This document shows positions 1-8,386 of a DNA stretch of 61,909 bases, piece after piece. Numbering within the stretch: the first letter of the stretch is position 1; every line of letters begins with the position of its first letter. Source of the DNA: a virus; IMG/VR virus record IMGVR_UViG_3300049811_000099, positions 1 to 61,909 of that record; one strand, 5' to 3'. A model generated the notes under the pieces. That model saw only the letters and a list, made by a program, of their open reading frames with translations. It was not told the DNA's origin and ran no database searches. A program made the position numbers and the translations under genes.

Positions 1-61
1 CGGGCGCGCAGTCGTTCGCGTCAGCCTACGGCGCCAACGCCACGGTCGATGTATTTATTAC
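1..61. repeat. Terminal overlap, copy 1: identical to 61849..61909, a circular-assembly signature
   Basis: Bases 1-61 (cgggcgcgcagtcg...gtatttattac) recur exactly as the last 61 bases. An ORF reads in frame across the join. Confidence 0.95.
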
Positions 62-971
62 GGACGGCAGCGCGTGGGAAGTCGCCCGCGACTGCACCTA
101 CACGCACAGCGGCACCACGCTTACGCGTGGCACGCTGGAGGCCAGCAGCACGGGGGCTGTGTTGTCGCTGACCAGTGCGGCGGTGGTGCGGGTGGCGGCA
201 AGTGCGGCCACGGTGCAGTCGCTGGCGCTCGACCAGATTGCTGGCCCCAACGCGGCCACAACGATGGAGGTCGGCAAGAGGTACGCCGTCGATCTGAGCA
301 CCTTCAGCGCAAACCGCACCTACACCTTGCCGGCGACGTGCGCCGTGGGCGACCGCATCCAGGTGGTGGTGACGGTGGGCAGCACGACCCGATCTGTCGG
401 CATCACCGCGGCCAGCGGCGACACGCTCAACGGCGTGCCTGGCGGCACGGTGTGGTCGCGCCTGTTTGTGGCAAATGAGATCGTTACGCTACTGTGCGTG
501 GCGGCTAATGCGACGTGGGTTCTGGAATCGTCGGAGCGCCAGGACGCGGTGGTGACGGTTCAGAACTCAAACGCGAATCAGCAACTGCTGACAGATAACG
601 CAGAGGTCCGGCTAACAACGGTGCTGGACGTTGTTGTAGCCGACCCGAGTGGTCAGTGGGACACGACAAACAAGCGATTCGTGGCAAGGGCGCCAGGAAC
701 CTACAAGTTCGGGATTGCTTGTCAGCTTGCATCGGTGTCGGCTGCCGCAGAGCTATCGCTGGCATTTGCGAAGAACAGCGGCGCAAAGGTTTATTACGGG
801 CAAGAACTGCAGCCGGCTTCCGCTTTTGATCTTCTCGGATATGCGACCGCGGAAATTGATCTGGCCGCTGGTGACACCATTGAGATATGGGCCTATCAAA
901 AGTGCGGTTCAAATCGAAACACAATCAGCAACCCTGGCCGCGTGGTGTTCACCGCGCTGAGGTTGAAGTGA
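1..971 (+). CDS. Tail fibre / receptor-binding protein, distal part of a junction-spanning gene (GTG 61767 through the join to TGA 971; 350 aa on the circle)
   Basis: Same frame as 61767..61909 through the 61-nt overlap (82+971 nt = 351 codons). ORF-track 159..971 is its distal part. The C-terminal ~130 aa (KFGIACQL..LSLAFAKNSG..AAGDTIEIWAY..VVFTALRL) resembles C1q/TNF-like fibre tips. Confidence 0.7.
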   Translation, partial: GAQSFASAYGANATVDVFITDGSAWEVARDCTYTHSGTTLTRGTLEASSTGAVLSLTSAAVVRVAASAATVQSLALDQIAGPNAATTMEVGKRYAVDLSTFSANRTYTLPATCAVGDRIQVVVTVGSTTRSVGITAASGDTLNGVPGGTVWSRLFVANEIVTLLCVAANATWVLESSERQDAVVTVQNSNANQQLLTDNAEVRLTTVLDVVVADPSGQWDTTNKRFVARAPGTYKFGIACQLASVSAAAELSLAFAKNSGAKVYYGQELQPASAFDLLGYATAEIDLAAGDTIEIWAYQKCGSNRNTISNPGRVVFTALRLK

Positions 972-972
972 T

Positions 973-1539
973 ATGAACCTGACTGCCGCGCTTGCGCACT
1001 TGTTCCCCGGCCTGACGTTTGGCCCTAGCGGAGAATGCCGCGTTGAAGTGAACGGCGGTGCTGAGTTCATCGCTGAATGGCGCCGCCCCGAGCCCCAGCC
1101 CACCGCCGCCGAGATCGAAGCCGCGCGCAAGCCGGCCGCGCTGGCGTTGGTGACGGAGCGCATCAAGGCCGAGCGGGATCGTCGCGAGCTTGAGGACGGC
1201 ATCCCGGTAACGTTCCCGGGACTTGACGGTGTGTGGCGATTCCACAGCGACACCCTCGGCGGGCGTCATCTGCTGGGACTGTTCAACGTCGCGCTCAAGA
1301 TGCGCGTGGCGCAACTGCCGGGCAGCACGCCCATGCCAGGCGAGCCGGGTACGCTGGGCTTCAAGACGATGGGCCGCGAAGAGCGCGTGCAACTGACCGT
1401 TGATCGCGTTGAGCTGTTGGAGCAGGCGACGTTTGCCAAGGCCGGTGCACTGCACGCTGCCGCAGTGGCTCACATCGCCGCCGCCGCGCTGCTGGACGAC
1501 CCGCTCGCCTACGACTACAGCACGGGCTGGCCGGAGTAA
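973..1539 (+). CDS. Hypothetical protein, possibly a fibre assembly or chaperone-like protein
   Basis: ATG lies 2 nt after the fibre stop. 188 aa with high GC3. The position is typical of fibre chaperones, but I see no motif I can name with certainty. Confidence 0.55.
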   Translation: MNLTAALAHLFPGLTFGPSGECRVEVNGGAEFIAEWRRPEPQPTAAEIEAARKPAALALVTERIKAERDRRELEDGIPVTFPGLDGVWRFHSDTLGGRHLLGLFNVALKMRVAQLPGSTPMPGEPGTLGFKTMGREERVQLTVDRVELLEQATFAKAGALHAAAVAHIAAAALLDDPLAYDYSTGWPE

Positions 1540-1542
1540 GCA

Positions 1543-2745
1543 GTGCTTCCGCTGCGGCTGCCATACCCGTTTGCGCCGGAGGCTGCGGCGACGCCAGTCA
1601 CGTCCGACCTTGCGCTTGCCTACGAAGTCCAGACCGCCGCGCAGGCCGATTTGTCGCTCGCCTATGCCGTGCTCAACGCGGCAACGCGAGACCTCTCGCT
1701 GACGTGGGATGTCCTGAATGCAGCGACACGAGATCAGTCCCTGAATTGGGATGTGCTGAACAGTGTCACAGCGGACCTCGGGCTATCCTGGCAAGTCCTG
1801 AATTCAGCCCAGCGTGATCTGTCCCTCATCTACGACGTGCAGACAGCCGCGCAGGCTGACCTGTCGCTCGCGTGGGCAGTACCGGGCTCGGTGCAGGCCG
1901 ATCTCGGGCTTGCGTGGGCCGTCCAGGGTGCCGCGCAGGCCGACCTGTCGATCAGTTACAGCGTGCTCAACGCGGCACAGGCCGATCTCGGGCTCTCGTG
2001 GGCCGTCCAGGGTGCCGCGCAGGCCGACCTGTCGCTGACCTATGCCGTCATCGGCACGGTGCAGCGTGATCATTCGCTCGACTACGAAGTGGCCGGTGCT
2101 GTCACGTCAGACCTCGGGCTCGCATGGGGCATCGCCGGCACGGTGCAACGCGATCTGCCGCTGGCGTGGGATGTCTTGGCGGCCGGTACGGTCACGTCGG
2201 ATCTCGGGCTCGCATGGACGGTGGCCAACACCGTGCAGCGCGACCTGTCGCTGTCGTGGGCCGTGCAGAACGCCGCGCAGGCGGATCTCGGGCTGTCGTG
2301 GGCCGTGCAGAACGCCGCGCAGGCGGATCTCGGGCTGTCGTGGCTGGTCATCAGCAGCGCCAGCAGGGACCTCGGGCTGTCGTGGGCTGTCCAGGGGGCC
2401 GCGCAGGCCGACCTGTCGCTGTCGTGGTCCGTGGTCAACGCGGTCGAGCGCGACCTGCCGCTGGGCTACGCGGTCCTGCAGTCGGCCATCCTTGACCTGC
2501 CGCTCACATGGACGACCCTCTCGGCGGCCGAGCGGGATCTCCTGCTGTTGTGGGCAAGCCGTGCGGCCGTGCAGCGCGACCTGAATCTCGCCTACTCGAT
2601 CTTCGCTGGTGGCGGCACCGGGGCAAGCCCCGAAGAGATCGCGCAAGCCGTGTGGGCCTACGTCCTGCAGTCGGGCAAGAGCGCGAACGCCACGCTCACG
2701 AACGCCGAGCGGCAGGCGATCCTGGCTGCGGTCCTTAGCGCCTAG
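1543..2745 (+). CDS. Repeat protein with 24 tandem 14-residue units (D-L-x-L-x-W-x-V-x-x-A-A-Q-A); putative fibre or adhesin-like virion protein
   Basis: GTG start 4 nt after the upstream stop. The translated sequence is almost entirely DLSLAWAV..AAQA-type units. ORFs in the other frames and strand are repeat shadows. Confidence 0.7.
   Translation: MLPLRLPYPFAPEAAATPVTSDLALAYEVQTAAQADLSLAYAVLNAATRDLSLTWDVLNAATRDQSLNWDVLNSVTADLGLSWQVLNSAQRDLSLIYDVQTAAQADLSLAWAVPGSVQADLGLAWAVQGAAQADLSISYSVLNAAQADLGLSWAVQGAAQADLSLTYAVIGTVQRDHSLDYEVAGAVTSDLGLAWGIAGTVQRDLPLAWDVLAAGTVTSDLGLAWTVANTVQRDLSLSWAVQNAAQADLGLSWAVQNAAQADLGLSWLVISSASRDLGLSWAVQGAAQADLSLSWSVVNAVERDLPLGYAVLQSAILDLPLTWTTLSAAERDLLLLWASRAAVQRDLNLAYSIFAGGGTGASPEEIAQAVWAYVLQSGKSANATLTNAERQAILAAVLSA
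1606..2619 (+). repeat. 42-bp (14-codon) tandem repeat array, 24 units, inside CDS 1543..2745
   Basis: Units were counted in the translation (23 of 14 aa, one of 16 aa). Two adjacent units, 2251-2292 and 2293-2334, are identical at DNA level. Confidence 0.9.
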
Positions 2746-3098
2746 AGCCCGGCGTCAAGCACGTAGGTCGGCAGCCCGAGCTTGCGGGCGTGCTCGATCA
2801 TGTGGCGAGTCCCGCGGCTCTCGCCGTCCCAGATAGCGATGAGCGCCTCGCCGTACTCGGCCATCTGCATATTGCGCATGTAGCCTGCAGCGCGCCCGTG
2901 GACACCCCACTGTGCGTAGAACTCGCGCACCGGGATGCAATGCCGCATGGCCCATCCAACGGCAAGCCTGTCGATCCCGTAGGCCATTCCTGAGATCACT
3001 TCGCTGACCCGAAACCCTGAGAGACGAACCGCCGTCTCGATGAGTTCCTTATCAGCCAAGTGTCGGAAGGTCCGACTGCCGGCGATGATCGTCTTCAT
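2742..3098 (-). CDS. SLOG/DUF2493-like (LOG/DprA-fold nucleotide-binding) protein
   Basis: Motifs IIAGSR, GMAYGIDRLAVGWA and IAIWDGESRGTRHMI match my memory of the DUF2493/SLOG family. Start placed at ATG 3098 (MKTIIAGSR) rather than ORF-track 3176. Confidence 0.55.
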   Translation of the reverse strand: MKTIIAGSRTFRHLADKELIETAVRLSGFRVSEVISGMAYGIDRLAVGWAMRHCIPVREFYAQWGVHGRAAGYMRNMQMAEYGEALIAIWDGESRGTRHMIEHARKLGLPTYVLDAGL

Positions 3099-3242
3099 GG
3101 AAAAGATCCGTTCCCTGACATCGACGCTATTGCCCGTTGCCTCTGCGGCAGCGTGATGATCATCCGGCGCGACCATGAGAGACCTCTCACGAGGGGTGGG
3201 AGGATCGCGTTCGGATCATGTCAGGGCTTCTTGGCCCGTGGA

Positions 3243-3578
3243 TCAATCGGACCTTTTGGACGCCGCAGACCCACCTTCATTCCGTTGGCGCCGATACCGT
3301 TCGATCTGGCCGATGCTGCGATTGTCGTAATTCGGATAGTGACGCTTGACGCAGCGACTCACGTAGCTGTCGCTTTTCAAGCCGAACTCCTTTGCTGCAT
3401 CAGCGATCCGCATGCCGCGGAGAACCACGGCATCCGCGATTGCCCGATCACGCGACGGGGTGTGAACGATGTGAACCTCCAGGGTGGAGAACCTGTGCCC
3501 GTTGGCGCACAAGCGGCGGCGCCGATTGCCGCGAGTCTGCTTGACTTGAGACCATGCGGCGCACTGAGGACACTTCAT
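3243..3578 (-). CDS. Zinc-ribbon plus HTH-like DNA-binding protein, candidate transcription regulator
   Basis: N-terminal CPQC..(17)..C-x3-H, followed by a GMRIADAAKEFGLKSDSYVSR helix-turn-helix-like segment. GGGGA SD lies 5 nt upstream of the ATG. Confidence 0.6.
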   Translation of the reverse strand: MKCPQCAAWSQVKQTRGNRRRRLCANGHRFSTLEVHIVHTPSRDRAIADAVVLRGMRIADAAKEFGLKSDSYVSRCVKRHYPNYDNRSIGQIERYRRQRNEGGSAASKRSD

Positions 3579-3598
3579 TCACATCCCCGTTGCGTTCA

Positions 3599-3802
3599 TC
3601 AGTACCCGCGCAACTGCGCCGGCCGCGCCCACTTCAGCAGCGGGGCCTTCTTGTCACCGATGTTGACCTCGATGAACGGGCCGGTCGGCGTGTCCTTCTT
3701 CTCGCCGGTCGTGCGGCCCGAGATCTCGGTGCCGTTGCGGCTGCTGTACTTGACCCGCGTGCCGGCCTTGTAGTCGGTGCGAAAGGGCTTGGTGGTGGCC
3801 AT
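3599..3802 (-). CDS. Small hypothetical protein (67 aa), possibly an SH3/Tudor-like fold
   Basis: ATG overlaps the upstream stop (TGATG) and is preceded by GAGGA. Weak resemblance to DUF2945-type small beta proteins. Confidence 0.55.
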   Translation of the reverse strand: MATTKPFRTDYKAGTRVKYSSRNGTEISGRTTGEKKDTPTGPFIEVNIGDKKAPLLKWARPAQLRGY

Positions 3803-4506
3803 CAGAGTTCCTCGTCGTCGTCAGTGGGGGTGGAGAAGGGGAGTTCCGGCTGGGCCGGATCGCTGGTTGCCGGCTCGGTGGTCTTCGTCTCGGCGGCCGG
3901 TTCGCCTTGCTTGCTGTCGTATGAGATGGAGAGGAAGTAGTTCTCCATGCCGGTCGTCGTACCGTGAACACTGGTCATCTGCATCAGGATGTCGTCGGCC
4001 CGCTTGATCGACGCCGCGAGTTCCCGGTACTTGGCGCGGATCTCGGGACGGTCCTCCATCAGCGTGTACATCCAAGCGGACAAGGTGTCGCCTGGAATCC
4101 TCGCGCCGATGCAGTCGTTCGGGGCGCGGTTGTAGATCGCCTCGACTGCGCCGTACTCGAAGAAGTCCACGAGGACTTCCCGCATGCCCAGGCCGACGCT
4201 CACGTCGAGACCTTCCTCAATAGGCGCGCCGCCGGCCTGCGCGATCAGCAGCATCGGCTTGGGCATCTTGCCCAGCTTGCGGCGGCTGAAGGCATCGCAG
4301 TAGGTCTCGTACTGCTGCACCACGCTTTGCAGCGTGTCGGCCTCGATCTCCTGATTGACCGTCAGCAGCGTGCAGACGTGATCGGGCAGCGCGACATGGA
4401 ACTTGCCAGTTGATGAGTCGAGGATGATCTCGACCTCCTGCGTTTCGGTCATGCCGTCCGCGAGCACGGACATGACTTCGCGGTTGAAGGTGACAACGCG
4501 ATTCAC
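3802..4506 (-). CDS. Hypothetical early protein (234 aa), acidic C-terminus DDDEEL
   Basis: GTG start overlaps the upstream stop (CTGTGA). High GC3. No recognisable motif. Confidence 0.65.
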   Translation of the reverse strand: MNRVVTFNREVMSVLADGMTETQEVEIILDSSTGKFHVALPDHVCTLLTVNQEIEADTLQSVVQQYETYCDAFSRRKLGKMPKPMLLIAQAGGAPIEEGLDVSVGLGMREVLVDFFEYGAVEAIYNRAPNDCIGARIPGDTLSAWMYTLMEDRPEIRAKYRELAASIKRADDILMQMTSVHGTTTGMENYFLSISYDSKQGEPAAETKTTEPATSDPAQPELPFSTPTDDDEEL

Positions 4507-4817
4507 AGGTCGTCCTCGTCTTCCTCGTCAAAGCCCTTGGGCGTTGACGTGGTGGTGCTGGCGGCCGGCGTGCCCTTGGCCGCCTTCGCCGGCTTCTCTT
4601 CCTTCTCGGGACGCGGCTGCATCGGCACGGTGTCCTTCTTGCGGATGTAGTCGGCCACCGCGGCGCACATGGCCGGGTAGTCCTTCTGGTCGTACAGCAC
4701 GGCCCGCTTGTCGCGGCCGACAGCCTCGAAGCCGAGTTTCGTCAGCAGTCGTTCGGTGACGGGGACATCGCCGAGGCGCCGGTTGATGTCACCGACGCTC
4801 ATGGTCTGCGTGGTCAT
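4503..4817 (-). CDS. Hypothetical early protein (104 aa), acidic C-terminus EDEDDL
   Basis: ATGA overlap with the upstream gene. Lys/Pro/Ala-rich linker followed by an acidic tail. Confidence 0.6.
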   Translation of the reverse strand: MTTQTMSVGDINRRLGDVPVTERLLTKLGFEAVGRDKRAVLYDQKDYPAMCAAVADYIRKKDTVPMQPRPEKEEKPAKAAKGTPAASTTTSTPKGFDEEDEDDL

Positions 4818-5023
4818 TGGGTGGGATCTCCTTGGGAGGTTGGGGTCATCGCCTGGATCTCACGCTCAATGCGGGCGATTCGCGCATCGAGCATCTTGAC
4901 GTGGGCCTGATGCTCTTCGGCAATGGCGGCCGACGTGATCTTCGACCTCTGCGCCTCGTCGAGCATGCGGGCCAGCATCTCGCGCGGCGTCGGGGTTCGC
5001 AGCGGGTTCAGGTAGCGGAACAT
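4814..5023 (-). CDS. Hypothetical coiled-coil protein (69 aa)
   Basis: ATGA overlap at both ends and coding-like GC3. Confidence 0.55.
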   Translation of the reverse strand: MFRYLNPLRTPTPREMLARMLDEAQRSKITSAAIAEEHQAHVKMLDARIARIEREIQAMTPTSQGDPTQ

Positions 5024-5247
5024 CAGATATCCCTCTCGGCTTCGACGATCAGCAGAACGATGAACAGCGCGATGCCGAGGGAGTGGAAGCCCAGCAGGAA
5101 TGCAGCGCGCAGCAACTCGCTAGCGGTGCGGCTGTCACCTTGAATGGGTGCCCAAAGCACGTTGCCGGTGAAGCCCCAGACGACCGCTGACGCCACGCAG
5201 AAGATCGCGTAAGTCCATGCCGCAGCGGGCAACAAGTGCTTGATCAT
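5023..5247 (-). CDS. Small membrane protein (74 aa, 2-3 TM segments)
   Basis: Start at ATG 5247 (MIKHLLPAAAWTYAIFCVASAVVW...) overlaps the upstream TGA by 1 nt. The ORF-track 5481 start gives an Arg-rich, implausible extension. Confidence 0.6.
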   Translation of the reverse strand: MIKHLLPAAAWTYAIFCVASAVVWGFTGNVLWAPIQGDSRTASELLRAAFLLGFHSLGIALFIVLLIVEAERDI

Positions 5248-5615
5248 CACGTGTCTCCGGTGGCGACCTTGACGAGTCGCCGCATGCGCTCGGCTTCGGC
5301 TCGCAGAAGACTTCCGGCGTGAGCGTGAGCGTCGATGCAGTTCAGGAGTTGCCGCCGTGCCTCGTCTCGCTCTTCGTCGATTGGCTGGCGCTTCGGCGTG
5401 TTGTTGGCGTCGATCTCGGCCATCGCGCGGCGCAGGTAGATGGACAGGTCGAGGGCTTCCTCGTAGGCGTGCTTCAACCACGCTCTCAGTTCGAGGGGGT
5501 TGTCTGCGACCGTCCGTCCGTACTTGTGGATGCCGAGAGCCTGACGCTTGGCGATGTCTTCGCAGACCACGGCTTCGATGCCCGTGGGCGTGGGGACATG
5601 AGGGTTGCTGTTCAT
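5247..5615 (-). CDS. Small all-alpha NTP-pyrophosphohydrolase-like protein (MazG/dGTP-diphosphohydrolase N-domain-like), tentative
   Basis: Internal start MNSNPHV at 5615. The GIHKYGRT...WLKHAYEEALDLSIYLRR pattern resembles the KYG-motif MazG-like family. A promoter-like element lies just upstream. Confidence 0.45.
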   Translation of the reverse strand: MNSNPHVPTPTGIEAVVCEDIAKRQALGIHKYGRTVADNPLELRAWLKHAYEEALDLSIYLRRAMAEIDANNTPKRQPIDEERDEARRQLLNCIDAHAHAGSLLRAEAERMRRLVKVATGDT

Positions 5616-5623
5616 GTGGGGCG

Positions 5624-5666
5624 TCAACCGGTTGTGGAATGTAGGAACAATCGTCGAATGACGCAA
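5624..5666 (-). promoter_or_regulatory. Sigma70-like promoter TTGCGT-17-TACATT followed by TCCACAACCGGTTGA (class II motif)
   Basis: Minus strand: -35 at 5661-5666, 17-nt spacer, -10 at 5638-5643. The GAATGAC..GTCATTC palindrome overlaps the -35. Confidence 0.55.
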
Positions 5667-5754
5667 GTCATTCGGAATGTCCGACTGAAACGAGAGGTTT
5701 CTCCAGCGCCTTGATGCGGTCGCGGTCCTGCTCGATGCTGCGGAAAAGTTCAGG

Positions 5755-5904
5755 CTAGTCGAAGAAACCCCGGTAGATCTGCAGCCGTTCGTCGATCTGG
5801 CGGACAGAGACGCGGATCGCACGGGATCGCTGCTCGCTGTCGGGCATGGCGGCAATCCGCTTGATCGCCTTGTCCACGTCTTGCTTGATGTGGGTGGTGT
5901 TCAC
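5755..5904 (-). CDS. Small hypothetical protein (49 aa)
   Basis: GTG 5904 overlaps the upstream stop (GTGA). The rest of ORF-track 5755..6114 overlaps the upstream gene out of frame. Confidence 0.45.
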   Translation of the reverse strand: MNTTHIKQDVDKAIKRIAAMPDSEQRSRAIRVSVRQIDERLQIYRGFFD

Positions 5905-6275
5905 TTGATCACCTGGGACAGTGCAAAGACGCTGTTGGGGACTCGATGGATGATGACCTTGGTGACTTCCTTTCGCACGCGCTCGCGCACGCGACGATCT
6001 CGGCTGCGCTGGCATTCGGTCTTCGGGGATGGCTTCGGTGCACACCGCCGATTGCCTAGTGCGTAGACCGCCCGAGGGTAGTGACGACCACCCGCATCGC
6101 TCTCGTACACCCATTCCTTGATGTAGACCTGCTTCCGGGCAAGGCGGCGCATGCGACTGAGGATCGACGACACGTCCGCAAGCCGGGCACCATGCAGCAC
6201 GGCTTGAACTTCCGAACTGGTCATCGGCCCGAACTCCTTGAGGACTTGCCTGATCGCCTCGTAGCTCGGATTCAC
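5901..6275 (-). CDS. Winged-helix-like DNA-binding protein (124 aa), tentative
   Basis: GTG 6275 overlaps the exonuclease stop (CTGTGA). The SSEVQAVLHG..VSSILSRMRRLARKQ segment looks wHTH-like. The long ORF-track extension to 6710 is antisense-like and Arg-rich. Confidence 0.5.
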   Translation of the reverse strand: MNPSYEAIRQVLKEFGPMTSSEVQAVLHGARLADVSSILSRMRRLARKQVYIKEWVYESDAGGRHYPRAVYALGNRRCAPKPSPKTECQRSRDRRVRERVRKEVTKVIIHRVPNSVFALSQVIK

Positions 6276-6889
6276 AGATCGTCCTCGTCGTGTGCTGGGG
6301 CCGGTTGCGGCACGGCCGCTGGTGCCGGCTTGACCTTCAGCAGCCCGAGCGCGCTGCGGATCTTGACCCAGCAGCGGTGGATCACGTGGGCTTGGAAGAT
6401 GGCGTCGTCCAGCGCGTTGTGGGCAACGCCGACTGACGGGATGCTCTTCTTGTCCACAGCCGCGACATCGACGATGGTCCGCATATCGCGCACGTCCCAG
6501 TAAGCCCACGGTTCCTGCTGCCCGACAGCACCGTGATCGTAGGCGTACTCCAGTATCGTGATGTCGAAGCTCGATCCGTTGCCCCAGACGGTCGCACCCT
6601 TGTGCTCTGCGACGTAGAGCCCGAGGTCGTACAGCGCGACCGACAGCGGCACCTTCTTGCCATGGTCCGAGAAGACCCGCTTGGCCTTGTCGTTCTGCCC
6701 GACCCACCAAGCCAGCGTGTCCGGGCTGATGCTGCCTGCTTTCATGGCAGTGGCCAAGTTGATCTCCCGGTAGAAGGTCTTGCCGAGCTTGCCGGTGTCG
6801 AGGTCGATGGCTGCAGCGCCGATGCTCAGGATGGCGGCGTCGTAGCGAGACTTGAGTGTCTCAAGGTCGATAGAGATGGCAGTGGGCAT
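6272..6889 (-). CDS. DEDDh 3'-5' exonuclease (DnaQ-like / Rv2179c-like fold)
   Basis: Exo motifs IDLET, GNGSSFDITIL and HNALDDA occur in the right order and spacing. Confidence 0.8.
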   Translation of the reverse strand: MPTAISIDLETLKSRYDAAILSIGAAAIDLDTGKLGKTFYREINLATAMKAGSISPDTLAWWVGQNDKAKRVFSDHGKKVPLSVALYDLGLYVAEHKGATVWGNGSSFDITILEYAYDHGAVGQQEPWAYWDVRDMRTIVDVAAVDKKSIPSVGVAHNALDDAIFQAHVIHRCWVKIRSALGLLKVKPAPAAVPQPAPAHDEDDL

Positions 6890-6937
6890 GATGAATCTCA
6901 GGATGTTGAGAATGTCGGCTGTTCAAAATGAAAACCG

Positions 6938-7093
6938 CTATCCGCGTTTTTCCCGGGTGTCCTCGCGCAGTGGTTCGGGTGGCCAGGAGTCCCCGCGCCA
7001 CCATGCTCGAACGGCCAGAAATATCCACAGTGGCCACAAAATGACGATCAGAATGGCGGCAATGGGGTTGGGCTCGTCTTTCTTCGGAATCAT
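6938..7093 (-). CDS. Candidate small membrane protein (51 aa), absent from the ORF track
   Basis: My translation is MIPKKDEPNPIAAILIVILWPLWIFLAVRAWWRGDSWPPEPLREDTREKRG, with one clear TM helix. It fills the otherwise empty 6890-7148 gap. Confidence 0.4.
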   Translation of the reverse strand: MIPKKDEPNPIAAILIVILWPLWIFLAVRAWWRGDSWPPEPLREDTREKRG

Positions 7094-7148
7094 CAGCCAA
7101 AAGCAGGTGAGAGCGCCAGCCGCAGCGCGGCGTCTCGTTGTTCACTCA

Positions 7149-7400
7149 TCACAGTTCCTCATCGTCACTGGCTACAGCAGCGTCTTGGTACTCGTACACG
7201 AACACCGTGGACGCACCGCGCTTCTCGGGGTGCATGGTCAGCCGGCCGCGCTCGACAGCCATGATGTGAATGCTGCCGACCAGGGGTACGCCGGCTTTGC
7301 GCAGTGCGTTGATGATGTACGCAGCCTCATGAACCTCGCCGCCCTTGGCGTACTTCTTGGCTGCGTCGTAGTTGATCTCGACTCGAATCTTGTCGCTCAT
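7149..7400 (-). CDS. Hypothetical early protein (83 aa), C-terminus SDDEEL
   Basis: ATG lies directly after the upstream TGA and is preceded by AGAGGAAC. Confidence 0.6.
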   Translation of the reverse strand: MSDKIRVEINYDAAKKYAKGGEVHEAAYIINALRKAGVPLVGSIHIMAVERGRLTMHPEKRGASTVFVYEYQDAAVASDDEEL

Positions 7401-7652
7401 TCAGAGTTCCTCTTCCTGTTCGGTGGTGACGTGCCTGTCGTGCATCAGGCACACGGAGTAGATCGCCTTGGGGTCGATCTCCAGGCTCGGCCGAATGTCG
7501 CGCACTACCTGGAGCAGCGTGTCGGTGTCAGCGGCCATCACGATCACTTCTTTGCCCTTGTGCATCAGAGCGACCGCAGAGCCCATGTAACCGTAGGCGG
7601 GCAGTGACGCCTTGACGATGGTCTCGCGCCGGTAGGCAGTGACTTGGCTCAC
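7401..7652 (-). CDS. Hypothetical early protein (83 aa), C-terminus EQEEEL
   Basis: GTG 7652 overlaps the upstream stop (TTGTGA). Confidence 0.55.
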   Translation of the reverse strand: MSQVTAYRRETIVKASLPAYGYMGSAVALMHKGKEVIVMAADTDTLLQVVRDIRPSLEIDPKAIYSVCLMHDRHVTTEQEEEL

Positions 7653-8023
7653 AAGTCCTGCTCCCCGATCATCCACTGCCGCGCGTGCTCATCGCCCAGG
7701 TGCAGCGCCTTCATGCGCCTCGTGTAGAGCCACACCTCGACATCCGGATCTCCGGGATTGCCGACCCACACGAGATCCGTGGCGTGGATCTTGTAGCCCT
7801 CGATGTAGCGTTTCTGGTCGCACGACAGCACGCCATACTCGCGAGCCGCGTAGATGCGATTCCATGCCAGCAGCGGGCCATACGGGTCAGCCCACCCGCG
7901 GGTGCAGACCACTTGTGCGTGCTGGCGCTCGGCCATCTGCTCGAACGCAAGGGCGACCACGGCGTTCGGCGTGAAGACGACGATGCGCCCGCGGTGCGCC
8001 AGGATGTCGCGGAAGGTGGTCAC
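7649..8023 (-). CDS. Hypothetical early protein (124 aa), C-terminus GEQDL
   Basis: ATGA-type overlap with the upstream gene. High GC3. Confidence 0.6.
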   Translation of the reverse strand: MTTFRDILAHRGRIVVFTPNAVVALAFEQMAERQHAQVVCTRGWADPYGPLLAWNRIYAAREYGVLSCDQKRYIEGYKIHATDLVWVGNPGDPDVEVWLYTRRMKALHLGDEHARQWMIGEQDL

Positions 8024-8229
8024 TGCGCCATCTCCCGGATGAGGGCGATTTGCTGCTCAGCCAGCACGTTTGTTGCCAGCAAGAGGCGCATCTGAAGAAG
8101 TACGCTGTTATTGAATCCGGTGAACGAATCAGGCGCGTCGTACTCAGCAAGAAAGGCCCGAGCCATCGCCCGAAGTTCCTCGCGCGTGTACTTGGGATTC
8201 GCGAACTTGTCGTGAGTGTCAGAGTTCAT
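8020..8229 (-). CDS. Hypothetical early protein (69 aa)
   Basis: The ATG lies inside the last codons of the upstream small gene, with AAGGAAGA as SD. Confidence 0.55.
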   Translation of the reverse strand: MNSDTHDKFANPKYTREELRAMARAFLAEYDAPDSFTGFNNSVLLQMRLLLATNVLAEQQIALIREMAQ

Positions 8230-8386
8230 CGTCTTCCTTAGCCTTGAGATGCGCCGCCATCACCCACCCATTCATCCAGACCACCCAGCGGTAGTCCAGC
8301 GTGGCGTAGGGGCAGGCCGATGCAGGCTTGCCGGCACGAGCAGCATCAGCGCCTTGCTGCCATACCGATGAGCCGTAGGTACTCAC
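8219..8386 (-). CDS. Candidate small protein (55 aa), C-terminus KEDDEL, absent from the ORF track
   Basis: GTG 8386 overlaps the RdgC-like stop (CTGTGA). My translation is VSTYGSSVWQQGADAARAGKPASACPYATLDYRWVVWMNGWVMAAHLKAKEDDEL. Confidence 0.4.
   Translation of the reverse strand: MSTYGSSVWQQGADAARAGKPASACPYATLDYRWVVWMNGWVMAAHLKAKEDDEL

Noticed and set aside
1-61. The 61-bp terminal repeat as a biological direct terminal repeat.
   Set aside because: A fibre gene reads through it in frame, and the terminase is of the cos (GpA/Nu1-like) type. An assembler overlap on a circular contig is the simpler explanation, although termini mapping would be needed to be certain.
1804-2646. Multiple ORFs in alternative frames and on the opposite strand inside the 42-bp repeat gene.
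   Set aside because: They are stop-free artefacts of the repeat. Only the DLxLxW frame has a start coupled to the upstream gene and a coherent periodic pattern.
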